Shown in pieces: positions 32,193 to 42,031 of a stretch of 64,000 bases of DNA. Numbering within the stretch: the first letter of the stretch is position 1; each line of letters starts with the position of its first letter. Made by a program: the position numbers and the translations under genes. This DNA is from Nannocystis bainbridge. Its GTDB lineage: Bacteria > Myxococcota_A > Polyangia > Nannocystales > Nannocystaceae. The notes under the pieces were generated by a model. That model was given only the letters and a program-made list of their open reading frames with translations, did no database searches and was not told where the DNA came from. The DNA is taken from positions 1,984,001-2,048,000 of the forward strand of contig NZ_JAQNDL010000001.1 of the NCBI RefSeq assembly GCF_028368995.1, written 5' to 3'.

Positions 32193-33299
32193 TCACGCGG
32201 GCGTGAGCACCTCGTAGGTCGCGCGCAGCGCCTGCCATGATTCGTCCGCCAGCTCGGACGGCCGGAAGCACCACAGCTCCTGCAGCCGCGCCAGCCGCGG
32301 CCGCGCGGCCACCAGCGCCGCCACCGTCTCCGCGTCGAACTCCGTCCCCGGCAGCTCGAGCCGCTCGAGCGTGCCGGCCCACGGCGCCCTGGTCATCCGC
32401 CGCAGCAGCTCGTCACCCTGAGTGCAGTAGCGCAGCTCCACGTGGCGCAGGCCCGGCATCCCCTCGGCGGCGCACAGCGCCGCCAGGTCGGCCGACTGCC
32501 AGCCCACGTACCAGTCGTACTGAAAATCGATCGCCAGCCGCTCGAGCGCCGGCAGCCGCGCCGTCGCCAGGAACTCGAGCCCCGACCCGCGCGGCGTCGG
32601 GCCCGGCCCCCAATCGCGGCGGTCCGAGGGCCCGAGCGGCGTTTTCCCCAGCCACCCGAGCTCGAGCTCCTGCAGCGTCGCGTGCTGCAGCCCATCGAGC
32701 CCCAGCTCGGCCCGCGGCAGGCTCAACTTCGTCAGCCCCGGGCACTGCGCCAGCACCTGCGCGACCTTGTCGGTCGCCAACCACTGCACCCAATCGCGCT
32801 CGTGCGAGCGCTCGCACGTCAACGCCAGCGATCGCAGCGCTGGCCACGGCCCGCCCGCGATCACGAGCGCCAGCGCCGGGTCGATGTCGTTGCGCCCGCG
32901 GGCGTTGCTGCCCAGATCGAGCTGCACGAGCCCTGGCGTCCGCGCCAGCATGGCCCGCAGCGCCGCCAGGATCGGCGCCGCGTCGTCCGGATCGTCGATC
33001 GCCAGCGACATCGAGGTCCTCGCCGCGTCGAGCTCGAGCACGTCGTCCCAGCGGTCGCTCCAGTGCCGCCGACGATCGAGCGTCAGCTGCTGCAGCCCCG
33101 GCGGCAGCCCGACCGCCGCGATCGCGTCGGTCAGCGCCGCGAACTCCTCCTCGTTGCCGCCGAGGTCGCAGGCGAGCGTCAGCGCGCGCAGCCGCGGCTC
33201 CGCGCACAGCCGCGGCCACGCCTCCAGCCCGCGCTCGATCGCCAGCGTCAGCGAATCACCCGCCTGCAGCAGCTCCTCCGCCGGTTCGTCCGCGCTCAC
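32193..33299 (-). CDS. leucine-rich-repeat-like protein
   Basis: Repeated P.L..L.L motifs (LPALERLAI, MPGLRHVEL, LERLEL). Confidence 0.65.
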   Translation of the reverse strand: MSADEPAEELLQAGDSLTLAIERGLEAWPRLCAEPRLRALTLACDLGGNEEEFAALTDAIAAVGLPPGLQQLTLDRRRHWSDRWDDVLELDAARTSMSLAIDDPDDAAPILAALRAMLARTPGLVQLDLGSNARGRNDIDPALALVIAGGPWPALRSLALTCERSHERDWVQWLATDKVAQVLAQCPGLTKLSLPRAELGLDGLQHATLQELELGWLGKTPLGPSDRRDWGPGPTPRGSGLEFLATARLPALERLAIDFQYDWYVGWQSADLAALCAAEGMPGLRHVELRYCTQGDELLRRMTRAPWAGTLERLELPGTEFDAETVAALVAARPRLARLQELWCFRPSELADESWQALRATYEVLTPA

Positions 33300-33610
33300 C
33301 GCCCCAGTGTACCCCCCGGCCGAGCGCGCCGCGACCCGTCGTCACCGCGCAGCTTCGAGCGATCACGGACTGCCCTCATTGCCACGCTACTGTCATTGGC
33401 GATCGCCCCGCCAATGTCGTGACGGCCCGCCCTGTCACGACCCGGTGACGCCGCGCCGCCGTCGCGTCACCGACCTTCACCGCATTGCCGCCTGGCCTCC
33501 GCGGTAGTTGACACGAACGTCGCCGAATCTCCCGCAGGGCGTCGGCCGGGTGCAACCTTCGCCTCGTAGCGTCCCCGCGCCGGCGCTCGATCGACGGCAG
33601 GAGACCCTCG

Positions 33611-35998
33611 ATGCCTCGCACTCGCTTCACGCTCCGCCTCACCCTCCCCGCCTTGTGGCTCGGCCTGTTCGGCGCGCCCGCGTGCGGCGACGACTCCGCC
33701 GCCATGACCGACTCCGCCGGCAGCGACACCGGCGGCCAGCCCGGCGAGCCTGGCGAACCGGGCCAGCCCGGTCAGCCCGGCCAGCCTGGCGAACCTGGCC
33801 AGCCCGGCGGCCCTGGCGATCCTGGCGACCCCGGTGATCCGGGGCAGCCCGGCGATCCCGGCGAGCCGGGCGACCCGGGCGAGCCTGGCGACCCCGGCCT
33901 CGACTTCGAACGGGCCCCGCGCTCGAGCGTCGTCGCCCTCCACTTCGCCGACGATCTCGGCACTGGCGCCGCCGACATCGCCGAGCTCGTCAAGACGCTC
34001 ACGGGACATGTCGCAACGGACAGCTTGCCGCCCGGCCTGCAGTTCCCGCTCGCCCCCGCCTCGACCGACACCGTGCGCGTCATCGCCGGCCTGCGGTCCA
34101 ACGTCCTCGTGCGCTGGCTCGACCCGCTCGGCCACGACGACCTGCCCGAATCGCCGCGGTTCGGCGCCAACAATGATTATATCGCCTACTTCGGCGACGG
34201 CTGGAACGACTCGCCCGAGAATGTCCCGCAGTGGCACGGCAGCGGCAGCGGCGCGTGGCTGTGGGTCAATCACGAGTACATCTCCGGCAGCAGCCCGACC
34301 AGCACCTCCGCGCCCGACGGCCAGCACCGCACCCTCGCCCAGTTCCTCCGCCGCCTCGAGCTGCTCGCCCTCGACATCGGCGGCGACCTCTGGGACGACG
34401 CCTCGCTCGTCACCTACGGCGCCGAGTACAAGCGGCAGGTCGGCGGCTCCTGGCTGCACGCCGTGCAGGACCCCGCCACCGGCGAGTGGGCCCTCGACCG
34501 CAGCCGCCCCGCCGTGCGCTACGACGCCACCAGCGCCACCCTCACCAAGATCACCGGCCTCGCGGGCCTCAGCAGCGACAAGGACGACGCCGGCGCCGAC
34601 CTGCCCGCGAATGTCGTGTCCGGCATCCTCGGCGACTGCTCCGGCGGCCAGACCCCGTGGGGCACCGTCATCACCGCCGAGGAGAACGTGCAGGACTATT
34701 ACGGCGACATGGAGACCTGCTGGAACGGCCAGCAGTTCGTCGCTGGCGCCGGCTGTGACGCCGGCCAGGACCTCACCTTCGAAGTCGTCGCCAGCGACAG
34801 CAGCGAGTTCGGCCGCTCGCCCGACGCCGACGCCAGCCACCCGCGCGACCTCTACGGCTACCTCGTCGAGATCGATCCGGGCGCGCCCGCCGACGAATAT
34901 TACGAGAAGACCACCCCCGGCGTCGGTCACCGCAAGCTCGGCGCCATCGGCCGCGCGCGCTGGGAGAACGCCACCTTCGCCGTCGACGATCAGTGGCGGC
35001 CGCTGGTCGGCGAGCCGCTCGTCATCTACGGCGGCGACGATCGCCGCAGCGGGCGGATCTTCAAGTTCGTCTCGAAAAATCCGTACACCGCCGGCATGAC
35101 GAAGGCCCAGGCGCGCGCGCTGCTCGACGAGGGAGACCTCTACGTCGCGCACTTCGCCGACCTCGACAACACCACCGGCACCGAGCTCGCCGGTGGCGTC
35201 GAGCCGACCGAGCAGAACCCTGGCCAGGGCGCGTGGATCCGCCTCTCCGTCGACAACACCAGCGACGACGCCCCCAACGCCGGCACCGCCGCCGGGCCGG
35301 CCGGCACCAAGGTCGGCGCCGCGCTGAAGTCGACCGAGTGGAACGCCATCGGTGGCTTGCCGACCGACGACGACGTGCGGCGGGTCCTGTTCACCAGCTG
35401 CAACAAGCTCGGGATCATGGAGCTCAACCGGCCCGAAGATCTCGAGTGGAACCCCAACGATCCGAGCGGCACTCCGCGGCTCTACGTCGCCTTCACCAAG
35501 CACGGCGGGCAGACCGCTCTCGACGGTGACGGCGTCCTGTTCGCCCCCGACGAATACGCCATGAACTCGCCCAAGCGCAGCGACGCCGTCGGCACCATCT
35601 TCGCCATGCAGGAGGCCGACCCGGCCAAGCCTGCCAGCTCCGCCAGCTTCACCTACTTCAAGGCCTTCCACGGCAGCGAGGGCGACGGTGTGTTCGACGC
35701 TGCCGACCCGGACAACCTCGTCATCGATCGCAGCGGCGGCGTGTGGTTCGGCACCGACGGCAACTTCGGCGTCAGCGGCCACGCCGACGCCGTCTACTAC
35801 CTCGACCTCGATCCGGCCCACAAAGCCGGTCAGCCTGGCGTCGTCACCCCCACGTGGGGCAAGGCCCTGCGCGTGGTCGCCGGTCCGAGCGACAGCGAGG
35901 CCACCGGCCCGGCTTTGAGCAGCGACATGCGCACGCTGTTCTTCTCGGTCCAGCACCCCGGCGAGGCCGTCTTCTCGACCTGGCCCGGCACCCCGTAG
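33611..35998 (+). CDS. phoX: PhoX-family alkaline phosphatase lipoprotein with collagen-like linker
   Basis: FGANNDY, WVNHEY, CSGGQTPWGTVITAEEN, GRARWE, NRPED, PDNL, EATGP, SVQHPG. Confidence 0.88.
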   Translation: MPRTRFTLRLTLPALWLGLFGAPACGDDSAAMTDSAGSDTGGQPGEPGEPGQPGQPGQPGEPGQPGGPGDPGDPGDPGQPGDPGEPGDPGEPGDPGLDFERAPRSSVVALHFADDLGTGAADIAELVKTLTGHVATDSLPPGLQFPLAPASTDTVRVIAGLRSNVLVRWLDPLGHDDLPESPRFGANNDYIAYFGDGWNDSPENVPQWHGSGSGAWLWVNHEYISGSSPTSTSAPDGQHRTLAQFLRRLELLALDIGGDLWDDASLVTYGAEYKRQVGGSWLHAVQDPATGEWALDRSRPAVRYDATSATLTKITGLAGLSSDKDDAGADLPANVVSGILGDCSGGQTPWGTVITAEENVQDYYGDMETCWNGQQFVAGAGCDAGQDLTFEVVASDSSEFGRSPDADASHPRDLYGYLVEIDPGAPADEYYEKTTPGVGHRKLGAIGRARWENATFAVDDQWRPLVGEPLVIYGGDDRRSGRIFKFVSKNPYTAGMTKAQARALLDEGDLYVAHFADLDNTTGTELAGGVEPTEQNPGQGAWIRLSVDNTSDDAPNAGTAAGPAGTKVGAALKSTEWNAIGGLPTDDDVRRVLFTSCNKLGIMELNRPEDLEWNPNDPSGTPRLYVAFTKHGGQTALDGDGVLFAPDEYAMNSPKRSDAVGTIFAMQEADPAKPASSASFTYFKAFHGSEGDGVFDAADPDNLVIDRSGGVWFGTDGNFGVSGHADAVYYLDLDPAHKAGQPGVVTPTWGKALRVVAGPSDSEATGPALSSDMRTLFFSVQHPGEAVFSTWPGTP
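33734..33898 (+). repeat. (Gly-X-Pro)18 collagen-like repeat
   Basis: GQP/GEP/GDP triplets with 9-bp periodicity. Confidence 0.9.
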
Positions 35999-36010
35999 GG
36001 AATCCAGGAC

Positions 36011-37687
36011 ATGCTCCGCTCGCACCGCCCCGGCTTTCACCTCGCCTCTGCCCTCGCCCTGCTCGGCCTCGTCGCCGTGCAGTGGTGGCTGCCCGCGCGC
36101 GCGAGCTCCGAGGCCGCGGCAGCGCCCGCGCATGTCCCAGACCCGTCGTACGACCCGCTGGCCGTCGCGCGCGCCGCCGGCTCGCGCGTCGACAACCTCG
36201 AGGCCTCGATCCCCCCGCAGTGTTACACGCGGACCGGCGCGACCTCGAACCCTTGCTTTGCCTGTCATACTGCCTCGCAAGATCCGAACGGCATGAACGA
36301 CTGGCACCTCCAGCAGGAGTACGCCTTCTCGGACGAGGGTCGCCTCAATCACTGGACCAACCTCTTCGTCGATCGGCGCCCGGCGATCGCCGCCATCGCC
36401 GACGACGACATCCTCCGCCACGTGCGCGAGGACAACTACGGCCCGCTGCGCGCCGCCCTGCGCGATCGGCCCGACTTCCCCGGTTACGCCCCCGACCTCG
36501 ACCTCGCCGCCGGCTTCGGCCCTGACGGCCTGGCGCGCGACGGCAGCATGTGGCGGACCTACGCCTACAAGCCGTTCGTCGGCGCCTTCTGGCCGACCAA
36601 TGGCAGCACCGGCGACGCCTTCGTCCGCCTGCCCGAGACTTTTCGGACATGTCCCGAAGGACATGTCTCCGAGGCCATCTACAAGATCAACCTCGCCGTG
36701 CTCGAGGCCGCCGTCGCCGGCCCGGCCAAGCCGCCCGCCGGGTTCGCCTGGCCGACCGAGCCGCTCGACGAGCGCAGCGTCGGCGTCGACCTCGACCGCG
36801 ACGGTCGGCTCGCCACCGCCACCGTCCTGCGCGGCCTGCCCACCCATTACTTCGGCGGCGCCGCGCGGCGCCCGGTGCGCCGCGGCGTCTACCCCGAGGG
36901 CACCGAGTTCTTGCACAGCGTGCGCTACCTCGACCCCGACGCGCCCGGCCTGCTCGCCGCGCGCATGAAGGAGCTGCGCTACGCGAAGAAGGTCGACGAG
37001 CTCGATCGCTGGGCCACCCAGCGCGCCTACGAAGAGGAGTTCGACAGCCGCCAGGAGGGTCAGCTGCCGCGCTGGCGCGGCTCGCCCGAGGTCGGCCTGC
37101 TCGGCGATTTCGGCTGGCAGCTGCAGGGCTTCATCGAGGACGAGCGGGGCCGCCTGCGCCTCCAGACCGCCGAGGAGCACCGCTTCTGCATGGGCTGTCA
37201 CAACGGCATCGGCATCACCGTCGACCAGACCTTCTCGTTCCCGCGCAAGCTCCCGGGCGCGTCCGGCTGGAAGTACCAGGACCTGCGCGGCACGAGCGAC
37301 GTGCCGGCCGCCGGCCACGCCGAGCCCGAGTACCTCACGTACATGCGCCGCGTCGGCGGCGGCGACGAGCTGCGGGCCAACGACGAGATGCTGGCGCGCT
37401 TCTTCCCCGGCGGCGCCCTCGACGAGGCCGAGGTCCGCCGCGCCGCCCCCGGAGGCGACCGCGACCTCGCCTGGCTGCTCGCCCCCTCGCGCGCCCGCGC
37501 CCTCGCGCTCGACAAGGCCTACCTGCTGATCGTGCGCGAGCAGTCGTTCACCCGCGGCCGCGACGCCACCCTCGCCCCCGCCGCCAACGTCCACCGCGAG
37601 ATCGGCAGCAAGACCACCGAGCTGGCCGCCGCCGAGACCCGCTGGCTCGACGCCCGCCTCCAGCTCGCCTGGCCCGCGACGCCGTGA
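36011..37687 (+). CDS. exported protein with two CxxCH motifs (putative diheme c-type cytochrome)
   Basis: CFACH and CMGCH; N-terminal hydrophobic segment; starts 12 bp after phoX. Confidence 0.75.
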   Translation: MLRSHRPGFHLASALALLGLVAVQWWLPARASSEAAAAPAHVPDPSYDPLAVARAAGSRVDNLEASIPPQCYTRTGATSNPCFACHTASQDPNGMNDWHLQQEYAFSDEGRLNHWTNLFVDRRPAIAAIADDDILRHVREDNYGPLRAALRDRPDFPGYAPDLDLAAGFGPDGLARDGSMWRTYAYKPFVGAFWPTNGSTGDAFVRLPETFRTCPEGHVSEAIYKINLAVLEAAVAGPAKPPAGFAWPTEPLDERSVGVDLDRDGRLATATVLRGLPTHYFGGAARRPVRRGVYPEGTEFLHSVRYLDPDAPGLLAARMKELRYAKKVDELDRWATQRAYEEEFDSRQEGQLPRWRGSPEVGLLGDFGWQLQGFIEDERGRLRLQTAEEHRFCMGCHNGIGITVDQTFSFPRKLPGASGWKYQDLRGTSDVPAAGHAEPEYLTYMRRVGGGDELRANDEMLARFFPGGALDEAEVRRAAPGGDRDLAWLLAPSRARALALDKAYLLIVREQSFTRGRDATLAPAANVHREIGSKTTELAAAETRWLDARLQLAWPATP

Positions 37688-37688
37688 G

Positions 37689-37736
37689 CGACGTGCTCTT
37701 CAAGACATGTCCATGCAGACATGTCTCGAAAGACTA
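37689..37736. repeat. 14-bp phased palindrome array between convergent genes
   Basis: Cores at 37692, 37706, 37720. Confidence 0.85.
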
Positions 37737-39407
37737 TTAAAGATCCGGGCAGTCCGCGGTCGGATTCCACGCCTGCCAGCAGCTCGCCAAATACCACGAG
37801 CCCGGTGGCTCCGCCTCGGTCGACCGCAGCTCGAACTCCGCGTTGGAGCCCTTTGCGGCGCAGCGCGGGCTGATGTCCGGACCGGTGTGGACGATGATGC
37901 AGCGCGGCGAGCCGCCCTGGCTGACCCATTCGCCATCCTGGCGCACGCACGTCGGCACCGGGGTCGATCCTTCGCCCAGCTGGTACAGCGAGAAGTCGCA
38001 GACCGCGTCGATCTCCGGCGTATCCGGATCGGCGTCGCGCACACAGTATCGGAAGCATTGCGACCCGAGGTTGGCGCTCGCCACCGTGGCGGCCTGCGCG
38101 AACGCGTCCGACCAATCGTCCTCGCAGATCGACGCAGCATTCAGCCCGAACTCGCGGCTCGCCGCCAAGAGCCGCACCGCCGGCGGCGCGGCCATCGCAT
38201 CGCCGCTGCAGGCCGGCCCGATCCCGTGCTGGGTCTGGAACGCCGGGTCGTCGGCGTCCGCGTACGTGATCGCCTGCCCCTCGGCGTAGTCGGGCGGGAC
38301 CCCGCCGACGGTCCACAGCCGCACCTCCGCGCCGATCGCGATCGAATTGCGGAGCAAATACTGCCGCGTCAGCAGGTCGGCGAAGTGCCGCGTCGGAGTC
38401 AGCACCGCCGCGTCGGCGCTGGTCCGCTCGCCATCGTCGCCGCGATCGACCGGCGAGCAATTGTCGTAGACCGGCCCGGGGCCGCCGCAGACGGCGCCAG
38501 CGCGCCAGCAGATCGCGGGCGACAGATCCGGCGGCTGCAGGTCGCCCCAGAAGACCTCGTTGTCGCCGAAGATCGCCTCGTGCCCGGGCGCGACCGAACA
38601 GTCGTTGCCCGCGCTGATCACGATCACCAGCAGGTCGGCGGTCTCGCGCAGGAAGCCGTACGCCGGATCGCCCGCGTCCTCCGAGCGCGTGATGACCTGC
38701 TCGAGGCTGGCGAGCGGGCTCGTGAACTCGCAGCCCGCCACGCCTTGCGGCACCGCGCAGCGCAGCGCCTCCGCCAGCTCGACTCCGTCTGGCAGGTTGT
38801 CGCCACTCGGCGCCACCTCGAGCCAAGGCCGTACTGCGACCTCGCCCTCGCGCCCGGGCGTCGGCCTCAGCGTCAGCGAATCGAGCGAGCACCCCGCCGT
38901 GCACGCCGTCCGCGCATCGATCCCCTCGGCCACGAACTCGCCCAGCCGCGCGCGACAGCTCTCCATGCGCAGCGCCCCGCGCTCGGCCGTCGTCGCGCAC
39001 TGCGGATTGCCGGCGTCGGTGGTCGTGACCGCGAACCGCAGCGACGGCGCCGGCCTGACCGCGCGCAGCACCTCCACGAGCGGCGCCATCGCCCCCGCCA
39101 GCTGCGCCAGCCGCGGCGCGATCGCCGGGCTGTCGTCGACGATGAACAGCACGTCGAGCTCGTCATGAAACTCGACGTCGATCGGGAACGGACCGGGACC
39201 CGGGAATCCCGGCGTCGAGGTCGCCTGGACGCAGGTCCCGTCGCGCTCGTCCGCGCCCAAAAACACGCAGCGCTGTCTCTCGGTACAGTCTTCCTGGACC
39301 CGACAGGCACCCACCGCCGCCGCCTCGTCGGCGCACGCGAGCGAGACAGCGAGGCTCGCGGACATCAGGACCCTCGCCGCCGCGCCTGCGTCCTTGAACC
39401 CGATCAC
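37737..39407 (-). CDS. myxobacterial vWA-like Cys-rich lipoprotein (degenerate MIDAS)
   Basis: LDVLFIVDDS, AVTTTD.GNP.C, PQG..GCE, GFLR..A.L.V, SIC..DW; start may be 39365. Confidence 0.7.
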   Translation of the reverse strand: MIGFKDAGAAARVLMSASLAVSLACADEAAAVGACRVQEDCTERQRCVFLGADERDGTCVQATSTPGFPGPGPFPIDVEFHDELDVLFIVDDSPAIAPRLAQLAGAMAPLVEVLRAVRPAPSLRFAVTTTDAGNPQCATTAERGALRMESCRARLGEFVAEGIDARTACTAGCSLDSLTLRPTPGREGEVAVRPWLEVAPSGDNLPDGVELAEALRCAVPQGVAGCEFTSPLASLEQVITRSEDAGDPAYGFLRETADLLVIVISAGNDCSVAPGHEAIFGDNEVFWGDLQPPDLSPAICWRAGAVCGGPGPVYDNCSPVDRGDDGERTSADAAVLTPTRHFADLLTRQYLLRNSIAIGAEVRLWTVGGVPPDYAEGQAITYADADDPAFQTQHGIGPACSGDAMAAPPAVRLLAASREFGLNAASICEDDWSDAFAQAATVASANLGSQCFRYCVRDADPDTPEIDAVCDFSLYQLGEGSTPVPTCVRQDGEWVSQGGSPRCIIVHTGPDISPRCAAKGSNAEFELRSTEAEPPGSWYLASCWQAWNPTADCPDL

Positions 39408-39431
39408 CGGGCCACGTTACCTTGGGCGCCG

Positions 39432-39866
39432 ATGCGCTCCAAGCCCGCTCGCCACCGGTGCGCCCTCGCGCTCGGCCTCGGCCTGGTCGCCTGTCACGAG
39501 CCCACGGACGGAGCGACGTGCTTGCCGCCCGCACGCCCGCTCGACGATGTCGTCGAGATCCCCCTCGACGACATCGCCGCGAACGCGCCGCCTTGGGCCC
39601 AGACGCTGCGCTGGTACTGCGAGGACCCGCCGCCGGACGAGCTGCTCGACGGCTGGTACACCAGCGCGCTGATCTGGGTCGACGGCGAGGACTGCGACCC
39701 GTGCGACCGCGAGCGGATCGCCAGCCTCGCGGTCACCCAGGTCTGCGACGCCGAAGGCCCGCCGGCCCTGCGCCTGCTGTGTGGGCCGATCCCGCTGTCG
39801 CTGGAGCCGTGGCAGCGCAAGGGCTGTGTCTACGCCGTCGCCACCACCAGCGGCTGCGTGTATTGA
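39432..39866 (+). CDS. small Cys-containing lipoprotein
   Basis: LVAC lipobox; GC3-biased frame. Confidence 0.6.
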   Translation: MRSKPARHRCALALGLGLVACHEPTDGATCLPPARPLDDVVEIPLDDIAANAPPWAQTLRWYCEDPPPDELLDGWYTSALIWVDGEDCDPCDRERIASLAVTQVCDAEGPPALRLLCGPIPLSLEPWQRKGCVYAVATTSGCVY

Positions 39867-39968
39867 TCGCGCTGCCCGCGATCGCCAGCACCGCGGCACG
39901 CACCGCGGGTCGTGCCAATCGCATGACCCTCGCGAATCACCACACTCTGGCCTCGTGCCGGCCGCGCC

Positions 39969-40484
39969 TCACGCCGCCGCCGGCGCTTCGCGCAGCCCGG
40001 CGACCACCGCTTCCATCCGGTCGTACGACACCTGCATCCCGCTCTCCATCCCCGAGTTGATGTGCCCGTCGCGGTGCTCCTGGCACGAGTGCTTGACCAG
40101 CGTGCGCATCGTCGTCACCCCGTCGACCTCCTCCAGCGTCATCGTGTTGAGCGCCTCTCCGTCGGGGAAGCCCTCGAACACCTCCGTCGACACCACCCGG
40201 TGCGGCCGATCGATCTGGCGATATTCGCCGTGGAAGCCGACCTCCATGTCCTGCTCACGGACCACGTAGCGCCAGCGCCCGCCCTCGCGCAGGTCGACCT
40301 CGCAGACCAGCCACTCCCCCGTCTCGAAGCCCCACCAGCGCTTGATCAGCGCCGGCGTCGTGCAGGCCTTGAAGATCAGCTCGGCCGGGTAATCGAACAC
40401 GCGGGTGATGAGGATCTCGGTGTCGGACGGCAGGGTGACGACGGCCGAACCATGGCGATTGGGGACATTCTTGGGGCTTGTCAT
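39969..40484 (-). CDS. SRPBCC/AHSA1-like protein
   Basis: ITRVFD.P.ELIF.A.T.P...KRWW, DLR.GG.WRY, GME.G...YDR. Confidence 0.9.
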   Translation of the reverse strand: MTSPKNVPNRHGSAVVTLPSDTEILITRVFDYPAELIFKACTTPALIKRWWGFETGEWLVCEVDLREGGRWRYVVREQDMEVGFHGEYRQIDRPHRVVSTEVFEGFPDGEALNTMTLEEVDGVTTMRTLVKHSCQEHRDGHINSGMESGMQVSYDRMEAVVAGLREAPAAA

Positions 40485-40825
40485 GACTGCTTCTTCTCCT
40501 GGGATTGGAGCTCGGCGAGGAGATCGTCGAGCCGATCGAGGCGGGTGTTCCAGGTCCGCTCGAAGCGGCGGACCCACTCGTGGATGGGCTTCAGCGCCGG
40601 ACCGTTCAGGCGGTACCAGCGGTGCTTCCCGTCGACTCGCACGTGCACGACACCGACCGCCCGCAGCACGCCGAGGTGCTTGGACACCGTCGGTTGACTG
40701 AGGCCCAGCCGCTCCGCGAGCTCGCCGACCGTCGCCTCCCCGCTGCCCAGGGCATCGAGGAGGTCGCGTCGGCTCGCCTCGGCGACGGCGTTGAAAACGT
40801 CGGTGGTCGTGGGCGTTCGAGCCAC
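40481..40825 (-). CDS. ArsR/SmtB family regulator
   Basis: VFNAVAE..RR, SQP.VSKHL.VLR.VG; ATGA overlap with the SRPBCC gene. Confidence 0.92.
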   Translation of the reverse strand: MARTPTTTDVFNAVAEASRRDLLDALGSGEATVGELAERLGLSQPTVSKHLGVLRAVGVVHVRVDGKHRWYRLNGPALKPIHEWVRRFERTWNTRLDRLDDLLAELQSQEKKQS

Positions 40826-40834
40826 TTCGATATC

Positions 40835-40854
40835 ATATTCCCATATCGGAATAT
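40835..40854. promoter_or_regulatory. probable ArsR operator
   Basis: ATATTCC-CATATC-GGAATAT inverted repeat just upstream of arsR. Confidence 0.7.
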
Positions 40855-40930
40855 GTCAAGCCCGAAAGCGCCGCCGCCCCGACCGGGCGGTCGAGGCGGC
40901 GGAAGAAGGGGCCCTGGCGCGGCCCTGGGC

Positions 40931-41707
40931 TCAGCTCCAGCGGACGCGCGCGCGCAGGCCGGCGAGGCTGCCGTCGGGCGCCACGCCGACGATGAACACC
41001 GGGTGGACCGGCCCGCCCTCGGGGTCGGCGCCGACGATGTACACCTGCAGGTCGGCCAGCGACGACTGCATCGACTGCGCCAGCGCCACGGCCTGCGCGG
41101 TCTGGCCGGGCGTGTGGTGGTCGACCAGGCGGCGGAAGAAATCGGCCGCCGACTCGATGCGGGCGATCTGGTCCTTCGGGTCGTCGAGCTTGAGCCCGAG
41201 CGTGGCCACGAAGCTCTGCGCCGTCAGGCTCTCGAGCTGCGCCGGCGCGTGGAAGCTCAGGAACTGCTCGTTCGTCAGCTCGGTGCCGTAGTCGTCGAAC
41301 ACGAGGTTGTAGGCCAGCGACTCGAAGTGGTTGGCCAGCTCCTCGCCGCCGCGCTGGCGGTGGCGCGCGACCTTGACGGCGAGCCGCCCGAGCGGGGGCA
41401 TGGTCGCGACCTCGGCGGCGGACAGGCCGTTGTCGTTGGTGTCGAACGCGGCCACCAGCTGCTCGCGGGCCACGACCAGCGCCTTCTCGATGTCGCCGCG
41501 GTCGACCCGCTCGCTCGGGTTGCCGTCCTGGCGGACGATGAAGCGGTAGAAGAAATCGACGAGATCGCGCTCGGCTCCGGTGAGCTCGGCGATCTTGCGC
41601 CGGATCTCCGCGCGGCTGGTGATCTTGTCGCGGCCGCCCGCTTCAATGATCTGGGCGGCCGCCCACTCGAACGCTGCATTGACCTCGGACTTGGCGATGC
41701 GTGTCAC
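40931..41707 (-). CDS. helical/EF-hand-like domain plus nuclease A inhibitor (NuiA)-like C-terminus
   Basis: DTNDNGLSAAE loop; DFF..L...L.DLQVY.VG.....VFIVG..DG..AGL. Confidence 0.55.
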   Translation of the reverse strand: MTRIAKSEVNAAFEWAAAQIIEAGGRDKITSRAEIRRKIAELTGAERDLVDFFYRFIVRQDGNPSERVDRGDIEKALVVAREQLVAAFDTNDNGLSAAEVATMPPLGRLAVKVARHRQRGGEELANHFESLAYNLVFDDYGTELTNEQFLSFHAPAQLESLTAQSFVATLGLKLDDPKDQIARIESAADFFRRLVDHHTPGQTAQAVALAQSMQSSLADLQVYIVGADPEGGPVHPVFIVGVAPDGSLAGLRARVRWS

Positions 41708-42031
41708 CGCGCGAGTGTGCCCCGGCTGCGCCCCCCGGCCAAGCGAAATCACCGCCCGCCCGCAGCCCTCGCAGGCCCCGCAGGAGGCGTCCAGGAGCCG
41801 AACCGCGGGTCCGTTGCAGATCGCGCATGGACCTCGGGTCGGGCCACGCCCCACGCGTCCACGCCGCGATCCCTCGCGCGCCGACACCTCCGCGCCCGCC
41901 CGCGTTCGGAGTCCCCGGAACTGCCTGTCTCTTCGGCCAGATTACATGTCCTTTCAGACACCCTATCCGGGCACGCCGCAAGCTGACCGTTCGGACATGT
42001 CCCTCGGCACCGCCCGGCGATCGCCGGCGCC

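Noticed and set aside
33467-37594. Very long antisense or alternate-frame ORFs (also 15020..18052, 10266..12437, 43118..45607, 50123..52471)
   Set aside because: These are shadow ORFs expected at very high GC3; they are Arg/Gly/Ala-rich, lack motifs and overlap well-supported genes.
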